In this document: one piece after another, positions 9,320-19,024 of the stretch | How the letters are laid out: each line of letters begins with the position of its first letter | Position numbering within the stretch: the stretch's first letter is position 1 | From: Escherichia phage AV112 | Length of the DNA: 64,000 nt | Reading direction: 5' to 3' (one strand) | Sequence record: OR352942.1 | Program-made: the position numbers and the translations under genes | The notes under the pieces: generated by a model | Databases searched by the model: none | What the model was told of the DNA's origin: nothing | What the model saw: only the letters and a program-made list of their open reading frames with translations

Positions 9320-9790
9320 TTAATCATGTTTCCACACCCCGTCGGTATTTGTCCAAAGTCGCTGATTATCTGATCCTCGCCACAGTTTTTTGGTCGGAAG
9401 ATTTTTCTCATACTTCCCATCAATAATAACATCAACATATTTAAGCATTTCTAGTTGTTTAATATCTTCAAACTTATATCCTGTCCACAACCAAATGCTT
9501 TTATTGGGATAAAGTTTTTTTACTGTTTGAACAATGCAATGAACAACATCTTGGTTATCAGGATAGAGAGGGTCTCCTCCAGTTATAGTTAATCCTTCTA
9601 TATAATCATTATTCAAACATTCAATTAATTGTTCCAGCGTTTCACCGGTGAATGGGATACCATTTCTAGCGTTCCATGTTGATTTATTATAACACCCCTC
9701 GCATTTATGCAAACAACCTGTAACGAAAAGAACGACCCTGCAACCGGGGCCATTCACAAAATCGCAAGGATAAAATCTATCATAATTCAT
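9320..9790 (-). CDS. nrdG: anaerobic ribonucleotide reductase activase NrdG (radical SAM)
   Basis: 156 aa; CxxxCxxC-type cluster CLHKCEGC; same length as T4 NrdG. Confidence 0.9.
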   Translation of the reverse strand: MNYDRFYPCDFVNGPGCRVVLFVTGCLHKCEGCYNKSTWNARNGIPFTGETLEQLIECLNNDYIEGLTITGGDPLYPDNQDVVHCIVQTVKKLYPNKSIWLWTGYKFEDIKQLEMLKYVDVIIDGKYEKNLPTKKLWRGSDNQRLWTNTDGVWKHD

Positions 9791-11604
9791 TGGTGTTTAA
9801 CCCTATGCATGATTTCTTTATTTTTGCCGAGATTAAATCCGCGTTCGTTCGGATTTCCAAGATAACCGCATGTTCTTCTTATTGTGTTCATCTTTTTAGG
9901 ATCAGTTTCTCCGCAAACTGAACAAACAAATCCGGTTTCAGTAGGAGTCATTTCATGAGTACTTCCACATGTAAAACATTTATCTACTGGCATATTAACA
10001 CCAAAATAATCTAAATGTTGTGCAGCATAATCCCATACAGCCTCAAGACCTTTTAGGTTATTTTTCATATCAGGAAGTTCAACATAAGAAATGTGACCAC
10101 CAGTCGCAATGAAATGATATGGCGCTTCACGAGAAATCTTTTCAAACGGAGTAATATTTTCTTCTACTGAAACATGGAAACTATTAGTGTACCAGCCTTT
10201 ATCAGTAACATCTTTTACACTTCCATATTTTTCTGTATCAAGTTTACAGAAGCGATAACAAAGGTTTTCAGCAGGAGTAGAATACAAGCTAAAAGCAAAA
10301 CCGGTTCTTTCAGTCCACTGCTTAAGACGAGCATTCATTTTAGTTAAAATTTCTTGCCCAATATCACGTCCGGCAAGAATATTCAATTCGTGAATACCAA
10401 TGTATCCTAAAGACACTGAACTTCTACCGTTTTTAAATAACTCAATTATATCGTCATCAGGTTTAAGACGAACCCCGAATGCACCTTCTTGGTAAAGAAT
10501 AGGAGCAACAGTAGCTTTAACTCCTTTTAAGGAACTAATTCTACACATCAAAGCTTCAAAACACAAATCCATTCGCTCATTGAACAATTCGATAAATTTC
10601 TGTTCATTGAACTGTGTTCCAATATAAGAATCTAACGCAATGCGAGGAAGATTCAGTGTTACAACACCGAGATTATTACGTCCATCAAGAATTTCATTAC
10701 CAGTCGAATCTTTCCATACGCTCAAGAAACTACGGCAACCCATTGGAGAAACAGGAATAGACGAACCAGTGATAGCTTTATTGTTCTTAACTGAAATAAT
10801 ATCAGGATACATTCTTTTGCTTGCGCATTCTAAAGCAAGCTGTTTAATATCATAGTTCGGGTCGTCTTTATAAAGATTAACACCCTCTTCAACGAACATA
10901 ACAAGTTTAGGGAAAATAGGAGTTATTCCATCACGACCAAGGCCTTTAATACGATTTTTCAGAATTGCTTTCTGAATCATTCGTTCAGTCCAGTCAGTTC
11001 CAGTACCAAATGTAATTGTTACAAAAGGCGTTTGTCCGTTTGAACTAAAGAGAGTATTTACTTCGTATTCATACGCTTGGAATGCATCATATACGTCTTT
11101 TTCTGTTTTAGATTGAGCATAATTCAACGCATCAGCGATTTGCCATTTTTCTGCATCTTCAATATGTTTTGCATAGGTGCGTTTAACATAAGGAGAAAGA
11201 ACTTTATCGACATTCGCAAATGTAGTTCCACCATACTGATGCGAAGCAACCTGTGCGGTAATTTGTGCCATAATTGCAGTAGCAACACCAATCGATTTAG
11301 GCGTTTCAATTTGAGCATTGCCTAATTTAAATCCATTCTCAAGCATTCCTTTTAAATCTACTAAACAGCAATTAGTAAAAGGCAATGATATACTGTAATC
11401 TAAATCATGAAAATGAATTAATCCAACATTATGTGCATTTACAATATGACTTGGAAGAATACGACAAGCGATATGTTTAGAAACAATACCGGCCATTAAA
11501 TCTCTTTTTGTTGGAAAGACACGAGAATCTTTGTTGGCGTTTTCGGTATTTAATTCTTTATCTTTATTTGAAATAAAATTTAAAACATCTTTCTCTAAAG
11601 ACAT
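9787..11604 (-). CDS. nrdD: anaerobic ribonucleoside-triphosphate reductase NrdD, uninterrupted
   Basis: 605 aa; C-terminal glycyl-radical motif RRTCGYLG and C-terminal Cys zinc ribbon; continuous ORF. Confidence 0.92.
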   Translation of the reverse strand: MSLEKDVLNFISNKDKELNTENANKDSRVFPTKRDLMAGIVSKHIACRILPSHIVNAHNVGLIHFHDLDYSISLPFTNCCLVDLKGMLENGFKLGNAQIETPKSIGVATAIMAQITAQVASHQYGGTTFANVDKVLSPYVKRTYAKHIEDAEKWQIADALNYAQSKTEKDVYDAFQAYEYEVNTLFSSNGQTPFVTITFGTGTDWTERMIQKAILKNRIKGLGRDGITPIFPKLVMFVEEGVNLYKDDPNYDIKQLALECASKRMYPDIISVKNNKAITGSSIPVSPMGCRSFLSVWKDSTGNEILDGRNNLGVVTLNLPRIALDSYIGTQFNEQKFIELFNERMDLCFEALMCRISSLKGVKATVAPILYQEGAFGVRLKPDDDIIELFKNGRSSVSLGYIGIHELNILAGRDIGQEILTKMNARLKQWTERTGFAFSLYSTPAENLCYRFCKLDTEKYGSVKDVTDKGWYTNSFHVSVEENITPFEKISREAPYHFIATGGHISYVELPDMKNNLKGLEAVWDYAAQHLDYFGVNMPVDKCFTCGSTHEMTPTETGFVCSVCGETDPKKMNTIRRTCGYLGNPNERGFNLGKNKEIMHRVKHQ

Positions 11605-12416
11605 AATTCTAATTTATCCTTTTGAAATTCTTCGTCTAAATATGGGTTCCAACCCATTTTAAACCTTTTGATGAAATTATCAATTCTAAATTTCGGTAAG
11701 TTTAAATCCGCAAAAATAGATGATTTACTTTTAAAATCTGGACCTAAATAATCATATAAAATTTCTGCGTATTTTAACCATAATATACAAGTACCAGATT
11801 TAATTGCGTTCGGAGTTTTCCAAGGTTTTACACCATACATCGGATTTCCACTTCCTTTATGCCTGATAGAAGATGAAATTCCAATTTTAATTTTAGCTTC
11901 CTTTGTATGCGAAAATCCACGATGCGGATTTTCTTTCCAGTATTTTTTAGAAGCTTCTGATATTTTCTTTCTGGCTAAATTAGTATGATGCTTTCCATAA
12001 AATCCATGATTTTTGCCTTTATTACGATTTCTTTTAATCATGGTTATTGATTGCTTTTCTCTAGTTTCTTTAGAAGGAGAAATACCATATGTCGTAAATT
12101 TGCCATCAGCATATGCTAAATTAAAATACTCTTTATTCCATACATCTTTTTCTATATTCTTTTGAAATTCAGCTTCAATGCTAGTTATTTGTTCATCTCC
12201 GACTAATTGAAAATATAATATTTCAACTTTCGGCGTTTCTTTCAATAAGGCTTTTTGAAATTCGGAAGATGACGAAGACGAATAATAAAATTTACCATTT
12301 TTATCAATAATATTCGTTCCATCAAAAGTGCAATTGGTTTTACTTCCAATGTAATAATATGGTGGGGTTTTAGCATTAATTCTATTAATAAATGATAGTT
12401 TATATACTACATTCAT
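11595..12416 (-). CDS. free-standing GIY-YIG homing endonuclease (Seg-like)
   Basis: 273 aa; N-terminal VVYKL...PYYYIGSK GIY-YIG-like motif; NUMOD3-like repeats HTNLARKKISEA and HTKEAKIKIGISS; sits between gene 49 and nrdD, stop overlapping the nrdD start. Confidence 0.65.
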   Translation of the reverse strand: MNVVYKLSFINRINAKTPPYYYIGSKTNCTFDGTNIIDKNGKFYYSSSSSSEFQKALLKETPKVEILYFQLVGDEQITSIEAEFQKNIEKDVWNKEYFNLAYADGKFTTYGISPSKETREKQSITMIKRNRNKGKNHGFYGKHHTNLARKKISEASKKYWKENPHRGFSHTKEAKIKIGISSSIRHKGSGNPMYGVKPWKTPNAIKSGTCILWLKYAEILYDYLGPDFKSKSSIFADLNLPKFRIDNFIKRFKMGWNPYLDEEFQKDKLELCL

Positions 12417-12886
12417 TTTAAACTCTTTCTAAGCTGCTTTTTGAATGAAGCTATTAATTGTGTTTTGGTATCAGATTCATTATATTCAAATCCTCTTTGA
12501 AGCATCTCGGCCATCATTTCCTCTTTACCTAGTCTTGAGAACTCTTTAGTTTTGTCTGGAACAAAATTAGGATGGATATTATTATCAGAATAATCTTGTT
12601 TCAAATAAGCGAGAAGAGCTTCAAGCCATTCGAGGTAGTCGACATCACGTCCTTTAAGACCGGAACGGTTGAACTTATGCTTCATTTGACCTTCTGCTGC
12701 GTTGCACAGATTACAGAGTAATCCACGAACTCTACCGGCTTTTGGCCCGTTTAATTCATGGTCGTGGTCAAGATGGTTACCTTGAACATCAGGGTCTAAT
12801 TCACGGTGGCAAATAGGACACTTACCGTTCTGTGCATCATAAAATTTTTGTTTTTCTTCTTTATATTTTGCGCCTGATAATAACAT
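12413..12886 (-). CDS. 49: gp49 endonuclease VII (Holliday junction resolvase)
   Basis: 157 aa; near-identical to T4 endo VII as recalled (GKCPIC..LDHDHELNGPKAG.VRGLLCNLCNAAEGQMKHKFNRSGLKG). Confidence 0.92.
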   Translation of the reverse strand: MLLSGAKYKEEKQKFYDAQNGKCPICHRELDPDVQGNHLDHDHELNGPKAGRVRGLLCNLCNAAEGQMKHKFNRSGLKGRDVDYLEWLEALLAYLKQDYSDNNIHPNFVPDKTKEFSRLGKEEMMAEMLQRGFEYNESDTKTQLIASFKKQLRKSLK

Positions 12887-12921
12887 GATAAACCCTTACC
12901 TTAAATAGATAAGGGTATTTA

Positions 12922-13347
12922 TTAACTTAAACGTCTTTCTAAATATTCAATGTATTCTGCGGCTGCTTGCATCAGGTTACCTTCATAGCCGTCGTTATTT
13001 TCTTGTCCAGCTAATTTAGCTAATGCATAAGAAATTCGTTCACCTTCGAATTCACCAAGTTTACTACCTAGCACATCCGCAATATCAGCCGAATCAATTT
13101 CTTCGAGTTCATCTATTGAATGGGATTCCCAGAAGCACCAAAGAGAAGTATCACGGTCATAGATGCAAAGTTTCTCACCTGTGTTCAACATCACTTCGAT
13201 AATGCCATGGCCGCCATAACCATCTTCGGTAGTAGTACCAATTACCTTGATGATTGTTCCTTTCTTTAATTCAGGAAACTTGTCTTGTAGTTCTTCATCT
13301 TCTTTAACAATCTTGAACCATTTACCGCGAGTTTCAGAAATATTCAT
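12922..13347 (-). CDS. hypothetical acidic protein
   Basis: 141-aa ORF upstream of gene 49. Confidence 0.4.
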   Translation of the reverse strand: MNISETRGKWFKIVKEDEELQDKFPELKKGTIIKVIGTTTEDGYGGHGIIEVMLNTGEKLCIYDRDTSLWCFWESHSIDELEEIDSADIADVLGSKLGEFEGERISYALAKLAGQENNDGYEGNLMQAAAEYIEYLERRLS

Positions 13348-13647
13348 ATCAATATCCTCTATAAAAGTTGCGATGCGTGCGTTTCGCTTTGCGAAGCTGA
13401 CGTTTAGTTGGTCGAACCGTAAATGGTCGTCCGGAGAAAAAATTTGGTTCAGTTTTAATCAACACATACCAATCGTGTTCGCCACTTTTTAATAAACGGT
13501 ACAATAATTTAACTTGCATAATAATCTCTTCCCATTTCCAAATCAATCATATCGTTTACTGTAGGTTCATCATAACACGTTTCTTTGTCGTTGTAAACTG
13601 TTTCGACGTCTGGCTCGACAGTTTCCCATCGAGCCGAATACCATGGT

Positions 13648-13983
13648 TTAACCCCGGAGTTTATTGAGCTCTTCATAATCAATCCAGGATTCTAGCCCTG
13701 ACGGCAGGTCACATTCAATGTTCCACAGAAGCTCTTCGATGGCTTGTAGGCGATTATATTCTTCAACAGTAATAGTAACCATTGTTTCAGGCTTTTTAAC
13801 CATCATGTCATTCATCAGAATGTACAGGTCTTCACAAACAGCCGGGTCGTCCCATGTCCATATTTCAGCATCTCGAACTAATGAAGTCGGAATCGAATTT
13901 AAAACTTCAAGCTTAGTAGGAGCGTCAGGGCCGAGAAGAGTTGCTACAAATTTATACGCTCTGGCGAAATCAATATCATTCAT
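13648..13983 (-). CDS. hypothetical acidic protein
   Basis: 111-aa ORF. Confidence 0.4.
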   Translation of the reverse strand: MNDIDFARAYKFVATLLGPDAPTKLEVLNSIPTSLVRDAEIWTWDDPAVCEDLYILMNDMMVKKPETMVTITVEEYNRLQAIEELLWNIECDLPSGLESWIDYEELNKLRG

Positions 13984-14243
13984 TTAAAATATTCTCGCAG
14001 TTGGTCGAATCCACCAATGTGACTTCCGTCAGGAGCAAACACTTGAGGCATAGTCAATCCGACTTGTGATTCACGTCCAAGCTTAACCAGAAGCTCAGCA
14101 ATTTTCTCATCATCAAAAACACCTTTTTCTGGCATAACATTAATGAATTCGAATGGCTGTTTCTTAACAGTCAGTAATCGTTTCGCATTATCGCAATAAA
14201 TGCATTTATGAATAGTAGAGTCATACCCGTACACTTTAAACAT
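13980..14243 (-). CDS. nrdC: NrdC thioredoxin/glutaredoxin
   Basis: From the internal Met: MFKVYGYDSTIHKCIYCDNAKRLL...GGFDQLREYFK, CIYC redox motif; near-identical to T4 NrdC as recalled. Confidence 0.9.
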   Translation of the reverse strand: MFKVYGYDSTIHKCIYCDNAKRLLTVKKQPFEFINVMPEKGVFDDEKIAELLVKLGRESQVGLTMPQVFAPDGSHIGGFDQLREYFK

Positions 14244-14649
14244 TATTTTTCCTTTCATCGATTAAATATGCAACGCCAAATACAATACATGTAATAAAAC
14301 CTGTGATACAGATAGAAACCAACAACACTGTACCAAAGAACCAAATCAAGTTATCTTTAGTAGTTTGTTTGATATCCATCTCACGAATTTCTATAGCTAT
14401 TGTATCACCTTTATTCAGAAGCGTATAAAACGACGGTGATACATGCCTGTCAAAAACTCGACCTTGTTCATCTTTATAAACTGCAATAAATTCCAGTTTA
14501 GAATATTTTCCTGTAGATTGACCTGAAATTAATTCCACTACCTCCACAGGAATTACTTTAGTTTCCATGTAAGTATTCTGGCTGTTCCAAATGAATGGAA
14601 TGATGGCAAAAACTAAAGCTACAATAAAACAACGAAGGCTATATCTCAT
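14236..14649 (-). CDS. membrane protein
   Basis: 137 aa; hydrophobic N- and C-terminal segments. Confidence 0.45.
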   Translation of the reverse strand: MRYSLRCFIVALVFAIIPFIWNSQNTYMETKVIPVEVVELISGQSTGKYSKLEFIAVYKDEQGRVFDRHVSPSFYTLLNKGDTIAIEIREMDIKQTTKDNLIWFFGTVLLVSICITGFITCIVFGVAYLIDERKNNV

Positions 14650-14954
14650 TATAATGTTCTCTCAAATTTGTGGAAGCATTTACGGCATTTCAATTTCAAG
14701 TTATCAGTGGTCCAGTTAACCAGTTGGACTTGGATAGTTCCACATTCCGGGCATGGATGTTTTGCTGCCGATTTGGCAGCATTTTCACGTCGTTCAACCA
14801 TTTTCATTATTTCGTTCCATGCCGGAGGAACGAACTCTTCTTCACCGTGGATTTTATCTCGCTGAACAAATTCAATCTTTGAACTATCGTCAATAAACTT
14901 AACCAAGCTGTGATTAGTGCTCATGTCAATATCCTCTAAAAGACGTAGTTTCAT
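14649..14954 (-). CDS. zinc-ribbon protein
   Basis: 101 aa; CPECG ... CRKC paired-Cys motifs. Confidence 0.45.
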   Translation of the reverse strand: MKLRLLEDIDMSTNHSLVKFIDDSSKIEFVQRDKIHGEEEFVPPAWNEIMKMVERRENAAKSAAKHPCPECGTIQVQLVNWTTDNLKLKCRKCFHKFERTL

Positions 14955-15904
14955 TATAAAACCTCAATGGCATTTCGTAAACCATCCGCTTTTGCATTCA
15001 GAGCTTTTAATGATTTAGTTTGTTCTGCAATCTGGGCTTCAACTTCTTTCAGACGAGATTTGAGGTATTCGCGTTCTTCTCTTAAGTTATCAACTTTTTC
15101 TGCTTTAGGCTCTTTAATAGGCTTAGGTTTATACGTATTAGGGTTCTTCAGTTTAATTAGAATGCGTGAACTGTACAGCATTGAACCATTATCTTCGGTT
15201 TCGTCATACATTTCCACTACGTCCATCATCTCCACCATCGTGCAGAGTTTATAAGACAACGAACGAATAGTTTTGTTGTGCTTATTAATTTCTTTAGAGT
15301 TCATGGTGCCTAGATTACGCGAGTAGTAATAAGGAACCTGGATATCAACTGACAATGATGCGTTACCATTGCCAGTTGGTTTGAATACTGCAGTAACCCA
15401 ATCTTTAACATGAACTTTATTTGTACGGCCATCACCGCCAGTGAATAATTTACGAGAATGTTTAAAAAGCATATTCACTTGGTTATTGAATTCACAAGCA
15501 AATTTATCAGCAAATTTAGTTTCAGGAATGGTAGATAACCAATCAGCTAAATGAGTCTTTTTAACATCGTTAATAATAGTAAATTCAACCAAATCAGTTT
15601 TAGATGTCACAGATTTAATAAAGCTCGGCTTCATAAAGTTTTTAATGTTATCGCGAGCTACAGTAGAAGATAATAAACGAGAACGTTTGAACCATTGAAG
15701 CAGTGTCCCTAATGAATGAGAATACGCATTCTGAGTATCTTTACAGATATGATTTTCTTGGCCTGTGTATGTACCAAAATCGCGAAGAATACCGCTTACT
15801 ACAACTCGGTGTGGAACATCAAATCCTAATGAACCAGAAGCACGTTGGGCATGAACGTTAGCGATAAGACCTGCAAAATAATCAATGTAATGTGAACGTG
15901 TCAT
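14954..15904 (-). CDS. hypothetical early protein with C-terminal coiled coil
   Basis: 316 aa; heptad-like tail EEREYLKSRLKEVEAQIAEQTKSLKALNAKADGLRNAIEVL. Confidence 0.5.
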   Translation of the reverse strand: MTRSHYIDYFAGLIANVHAQRASGSLGFDVPHRVVVSGILRDFGTYTGQENHICKDTQNAYSHSLGTLLQWFKRSRLLSSTVARDNIKNFMKPSFIKSVTSKTDLVEFTIINDVKKTHLADWLSTIPETKFADKFACEFNNQVNMLFKHSRKLFTGGDGRTNKVHVKDWVTAVFKPTGNGNASLSVDIQVPYYYSRNLGTMNSKEINKHNKTIRSLSYKLCTMVEMMDVVEMYDETEDNGSMLYSSRILIKLKNPNTYKPKPIKEPKAEKVDNLREEREYLKSRLKEVEAQIAEQTKSLKALNAKADGLRNAIEVL

Positions 15905-15932
15905 AATATTTTCCTCTCGTTAAGATAGAAAG

Positions 15933-15961
15933 ATTATACTCCAACCGTCCTTGGTTGTAAA
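15933..15961 (-). promoter_or_regulatory. sigma70-like early promoter with spacer stem-loop
   Basis: Minus strand TTTACA-17 nt-TATAAT; spacer contains CAACC/GGTTG inverted repeat. Confidence 0.55.
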
Positions 15962-15966
15962 CTGAT

Positions 15967-16899
15967 TTATGATTTTAATGCATTCATTGCGTTAAAAAGT
16001 TTAGAGTACTGCAACTGGAGCTTGGTAACTACTTGTTGAGCATCACGAAGCTTAGCTTGTGCTTTGTCAAGTTCAACAGACAGTTGATCCACAGTGCCTT
16101 TGATTTGATTATAATAGTAATCTTCGGCAGGAAGAAGGCCGTTAGAGATTTCCAGTTTAGTCGTCGGTGTGCCGTTAAACATAACAGGTTGTGCTGAAGC
16201 TGCATTAATCTTACCGATAGTCGGGGCGACAATAATTGACGCTTCGAACGTTGCATTTTCCTTTTTAAGATTTTGATAGTATTCAGAGTCTTTGTGCCAC
16301 CATGGCGCAGGAACCTTTTTACCAATAGATACACGAGCCTGGATAGCGATATGGCCCTTATTCTTGATAACGTCGATAATATTAAGCTCACGAGAATAAA
16401 TTGCTTTAATCTGGTGAATATTATCACCTAACACTTCCAACGCTTGGTGGAATACACGAGCAACGTTATCATTCTTAGGTTTATACGTAAGAGTGAACTC
16501 GTTCTCACTGATAACCATGATTTCTAACTTATCGTAAGTATATTTCAAATGTTTCATGTTAATTGCTTGAGGACGAATACGAGAAGCAATGGCCATCAGA
16601 TTGTTAAGGTTATTCCGGAACTGCTTAGCGAAATATTGTCCTTCACCACCAATACAAAAATTACGAAGTTTCTGTTTGGCTAATAAACGGCTGAACTCAC
16701 CGTTTTTAATGAACTCTTTAACGGGTGTGTTAGTAACGCATTCAAATTGAGTAAACTTACGAGAAGTAATCCCATAATATGAACAGATTTCCTCAATCTC
16801 TTCAGGAGTCTTTACAGGCATACGGATAGGATTAGGACCTGGGGTATATGCGTTCGAGGTAAATTCTTTGATAAGTTCTCTACGTGTAATAGAAGCCAT
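15967..16899 (-). CDS. hypothetical early protein with C-terminal coiled coil
   Basis: 310 aa; C-terminal LSVELDKAQAKLRDAQQVVTKLQLQYSKLFNAMNALKS. Confidence 0.5.
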   Translation of the reverse strand: MASITRRELIKEFTSNAYTPGPNPIRMPVKTPEEIEEICSYYGITSRKFTQFECVTNTPVKEFIKNGEFSRLLAKQKLRNFCIGGEGQYFAKQFRNNLNNLMAIASRIRPQAINMKHLKYTYDKLEIMVISENEFTLTYKPKNDNVARVFHQALEVLGDNIHQIKAIYSRELNIIDVIKNKGHIAIQARVSIGKKVPAPWWHKDSEYYQNLKKENATFEASIIVAPTIGKINAASAQPVMFNGTPTTKLEISNGLLPAEDYYYNQIKGTVDQLSVELDKAQAKLRDAQQVVTKLQLQYSKLFNAMNALKS

Positions 16900-16925
16900 T
16901 TTATATTCCTCATGTTGAAAAATTT

Positions 16926-16954
16926 ATTATACTCCAACCATCCTTGGTTGTACA
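16926..16954 (-). promoter_or_regulatory. sigma70-like early promoter, same cassette type as 15933-15961
   Basis: Minus strand TGTACA-17 nt-TATAAT; spacer shares ccaaccatccttggttg with the neighbouring cassette. Confidence 0.5.
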
Positions 16955-17950
16955 TCATTCCTTAAGAAGTTTTACTACTTGAATAAGATTAGCTCGTTCT
17001 GTTTTATTTTTACCGTTTAAGCCTGCTAATCGTGAGATTTCATCGTCAGTCTGTTGAATAGTTACATTAAGTTCGTTAATCAAAGCTTCAAAGTATTTGA
17101 TTTGCTCAGCATGTTTTGATTCAAATTTCTGAACCGGAATAACGTCTTGGTTTAGTTCATCAATAAGGTCTTTAAGAGCATCTTCTTGATTGATATCATA
17201 TTCAACTTCTTTTATTTCTTCAACGAGCTCGTCTTTATATCTAACGTCTTTTAGTCCTGGTGCTGGTCCTGAAATCTCTTCTTTAAGAGTACAAACATAT
17301 CCAATACGGTATCCAATGCCGTCTCGCTTGATATCAACTTCGTCAATAAATCCACAATGTTTAAGACCAGAGCCGATTAAGTCAAAATATCCTTGACGAC
17401 GTCCTTCAAACGTTACACGAACTACTAAGACAGTTTTACCTGCAACCTTTTGAAGCTCACATTTATAAAAGTTTGTTGAACCTGAATAACGTGGATGAGT
17501 TTTAAAGTTCATCTGACGATCTAGGCCCATTTGTAAGCGTGCTGATACGGCCATAAAACGTGTTTGGTTCTCGTTAAGATGAGCAACAATCCATTTCAAA
17601 GGCATTTTACACTGTTCACGACCGAACAAATCAGTACGTCCTAGATTACGCAGGATGTTGTTAGAGTTAATCATCGACAGAACATTAAGTTTATTCAGCG
17701 CGCTGAAGATTCCATCAGCCATTGATTTTCCGTAACCTTTACACGCTTTAATAAGCGCTCGCGGTAGATTAGCATAGATTTCAGACGGCATATGAAAATC
17801 AAATTTACTAGTCAGTAATTGATGAACTTGGATAGCAATTTGCTCATAATTAAGTGCTCTGCGATCATTATGATCTTTAAACCACACTTTAATCTGTGAA
17901 GCACATAAACCGTTAATTTCATGTTTTACCGCATCAGATGTAATGCTCAT
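16955..17950 (-). CDS. hypothetical early protein with C-terminal coiled coil
   Basis: 331 aa; acidic coiled-coil tail. Confidence 0.5.
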   Translation of the reverse strand: MSITSDAVKHEINGLCASQIKVWFKDHNDRRALNYEQIAIQVHQLLTSKFDFHMPSEIYANLPRALIKACKGYGKSMADGIFSALNKLNVLSMINSNNILRNLGRTDLFGREQCKMPLKWIVAHLNENQTRFMAVSARLQMGLDRQMNFKTHPRYSGSTNFYKCELQKVAGKTVLVVRVTFEGRRQGYFDLIGSGLKHCGFIDEVDIKRDGIGYRIGYVCTLKEEISGPAPGLKDVRYKDELVEEIKEVEYDINQEDALKDLIDELNQDVIPVQKFESKHAEQIKYFEALINELNVTIQQTDDEISRLAGLNGKNKTERANLIQVVKLLKE

Positions 17951-18012
17951 ATCTATTTCCTCAGATTGAATTGGAACTCAAAACCATTATAACCCGTCCT
18001 TGGGTAAAGCGT

Positions 18013-18540
18013 TTATGCGTGAACCGTCTTTAAACGTTCTTCAAATTTCCGAAGAGTACTAATACGTTCTGCTTTCTGTTTTGTATAGTTTGCAATACGT
18101 TCTGAAGTGAGAGCGTATCGTTCGTTTACTGTTTCTTTCATGAAGTCAGGGATTTCACGAGAAGCTTTAATTTCATCAAACTTATCGAGTACTGCCTGGT
18201 CTTCAGCGATTAAATTTTCGTACATCTCGATATCTTTCTTGATGAAGTCGATATCTTCCTGGGTTACTTTGGATAAACGAGATGCTTTATCCTTTTTGTA
18301 TTGCTCGTTAGTTTCACGAGACCAGAATAATGTACGTTTTTTGTTAGTGTTTTTGTAGACTTCCACAATTCCAACTGAATCGATGATAGCAATCCAATTC
18401 CAGCGAGATTTGAAAATCTGACCTCCGTCCACGGTAATCTCGTTACCATAAGCAACATCATTAAAGAACTTGCTTTGTGCTTCAGATTTAAATTTACCGT
18501 CGTTATAATTTACCAGGTTGAAAATATCTTTAGCGTTCAT
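18013..18540 (-). CDS. hypothetical protein
   Basis: 175-aa ORF. Confidence 0.45.
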   Translation of the reverse strand: MNAKDIFNLVNYNDGKFKSEAQSKFFNDVAYGNEITVDGGQIFKSRWNWIAIIDSVGIVEVYKNTNKKRTLFWSRETNEQYKKDKASRLSKVTQEDIDFIKKDIEMYENLIAEDQAVLDKFDEIKASREIPDFMKETVNERYALTSERIANYTKQKAERISTLRKFEERLKTVHA

Positions 18541-18564
18541 GTTTTACCTCCAGTAGTTGATAGG

Positions 18565-18597
18565 TCTATAATAACACAACCATAGACCTTGTAAACA
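18565..18597 (-). promoter_or_regulatory. early promoter with inverted repeat around the -10
   Basis: Minus strand GTTTACA...TGTGTTATTATAG; plus-strand taggtctat...atagacct inverted repeat. Confidence 0.5.
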
Positions 18598-18598
18598 A

Positions 18599-18886
18599 CT
18601 AAAAGAAACTTTTTTCGGTATTTTTTCCACTGAACCAAACCGACTTCGGGACTTTCTGTAATTTTTCGGATTTAAGTTTCTCTTCCTGTTCTTTCTTATA
18701 TGCATCCTTGTCGTACTGGAACAATTCTAAGGCATTCTTTTGTAGACGGTCTAAGGTAATTAAGGCTTTAGTTTTTCCTTTCAAGGAAGAGTCCTGGCGA
18801 ACCTCCTCGCTATATTGCATCGTAGAACTAACCATACGATGAGCATACAGTTCGACTGCGGCTTTAATTTTTTGCATAAAATCCAT
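18599..18886 (-). CDS. hypothetical protein
   Basis: 95-aa ORF. Confidence 0.4.
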   Translation of the reverse strand: MDFMQKIKAAVELYAHRMVSSTMQYSEEVRQDSSLKGKTKALITLDRLQKNALELFQYDKDAYKKEQEEKLKSEKLQKVPKSVWFSGKNTEKSFF

Positions 18887-19024
18887 AACATATCCTCTTT
18901 GATTTGTACACCATTATTTTTAAATATTTCTATGCCCTCAGTAGGTTCCTGGTGTCCTTCTTTGAGGTAAGCCATATGATTATTCATCTTTATGGCTTTT
19001 GTTACCTCAGAACTTCCTATAAGC

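Noticed and set aside
9214-9438. 74-aa minus-strand ORF overlapping the 3' end of nrdG
   Set aside because: Out-of-frame overlap with the conserved nrdG coding sequence; no independent signals.
9787-11604. Possible group I intron in nrdD, as in T4
   Set aside because: The nrdD frame is continuous over 605 codons through to the glycyl-radical motif, so no intron interrupts it here.
13349-13546. 65-aa minus-strand ORF as a real gene
   Set aside because: Not called: highly basic, low-complexity translation and no convincing ribosome-binding site; it may be real but the evidence is insufficient.
16029-16427. 132-aa minus-strand ORF nested in another frame within 15967-16899
   Set aside because: Nested alternative-frame ORF inside a longer ORF that has its own promoter and ribosome-binding site; basic low-complexity translation.
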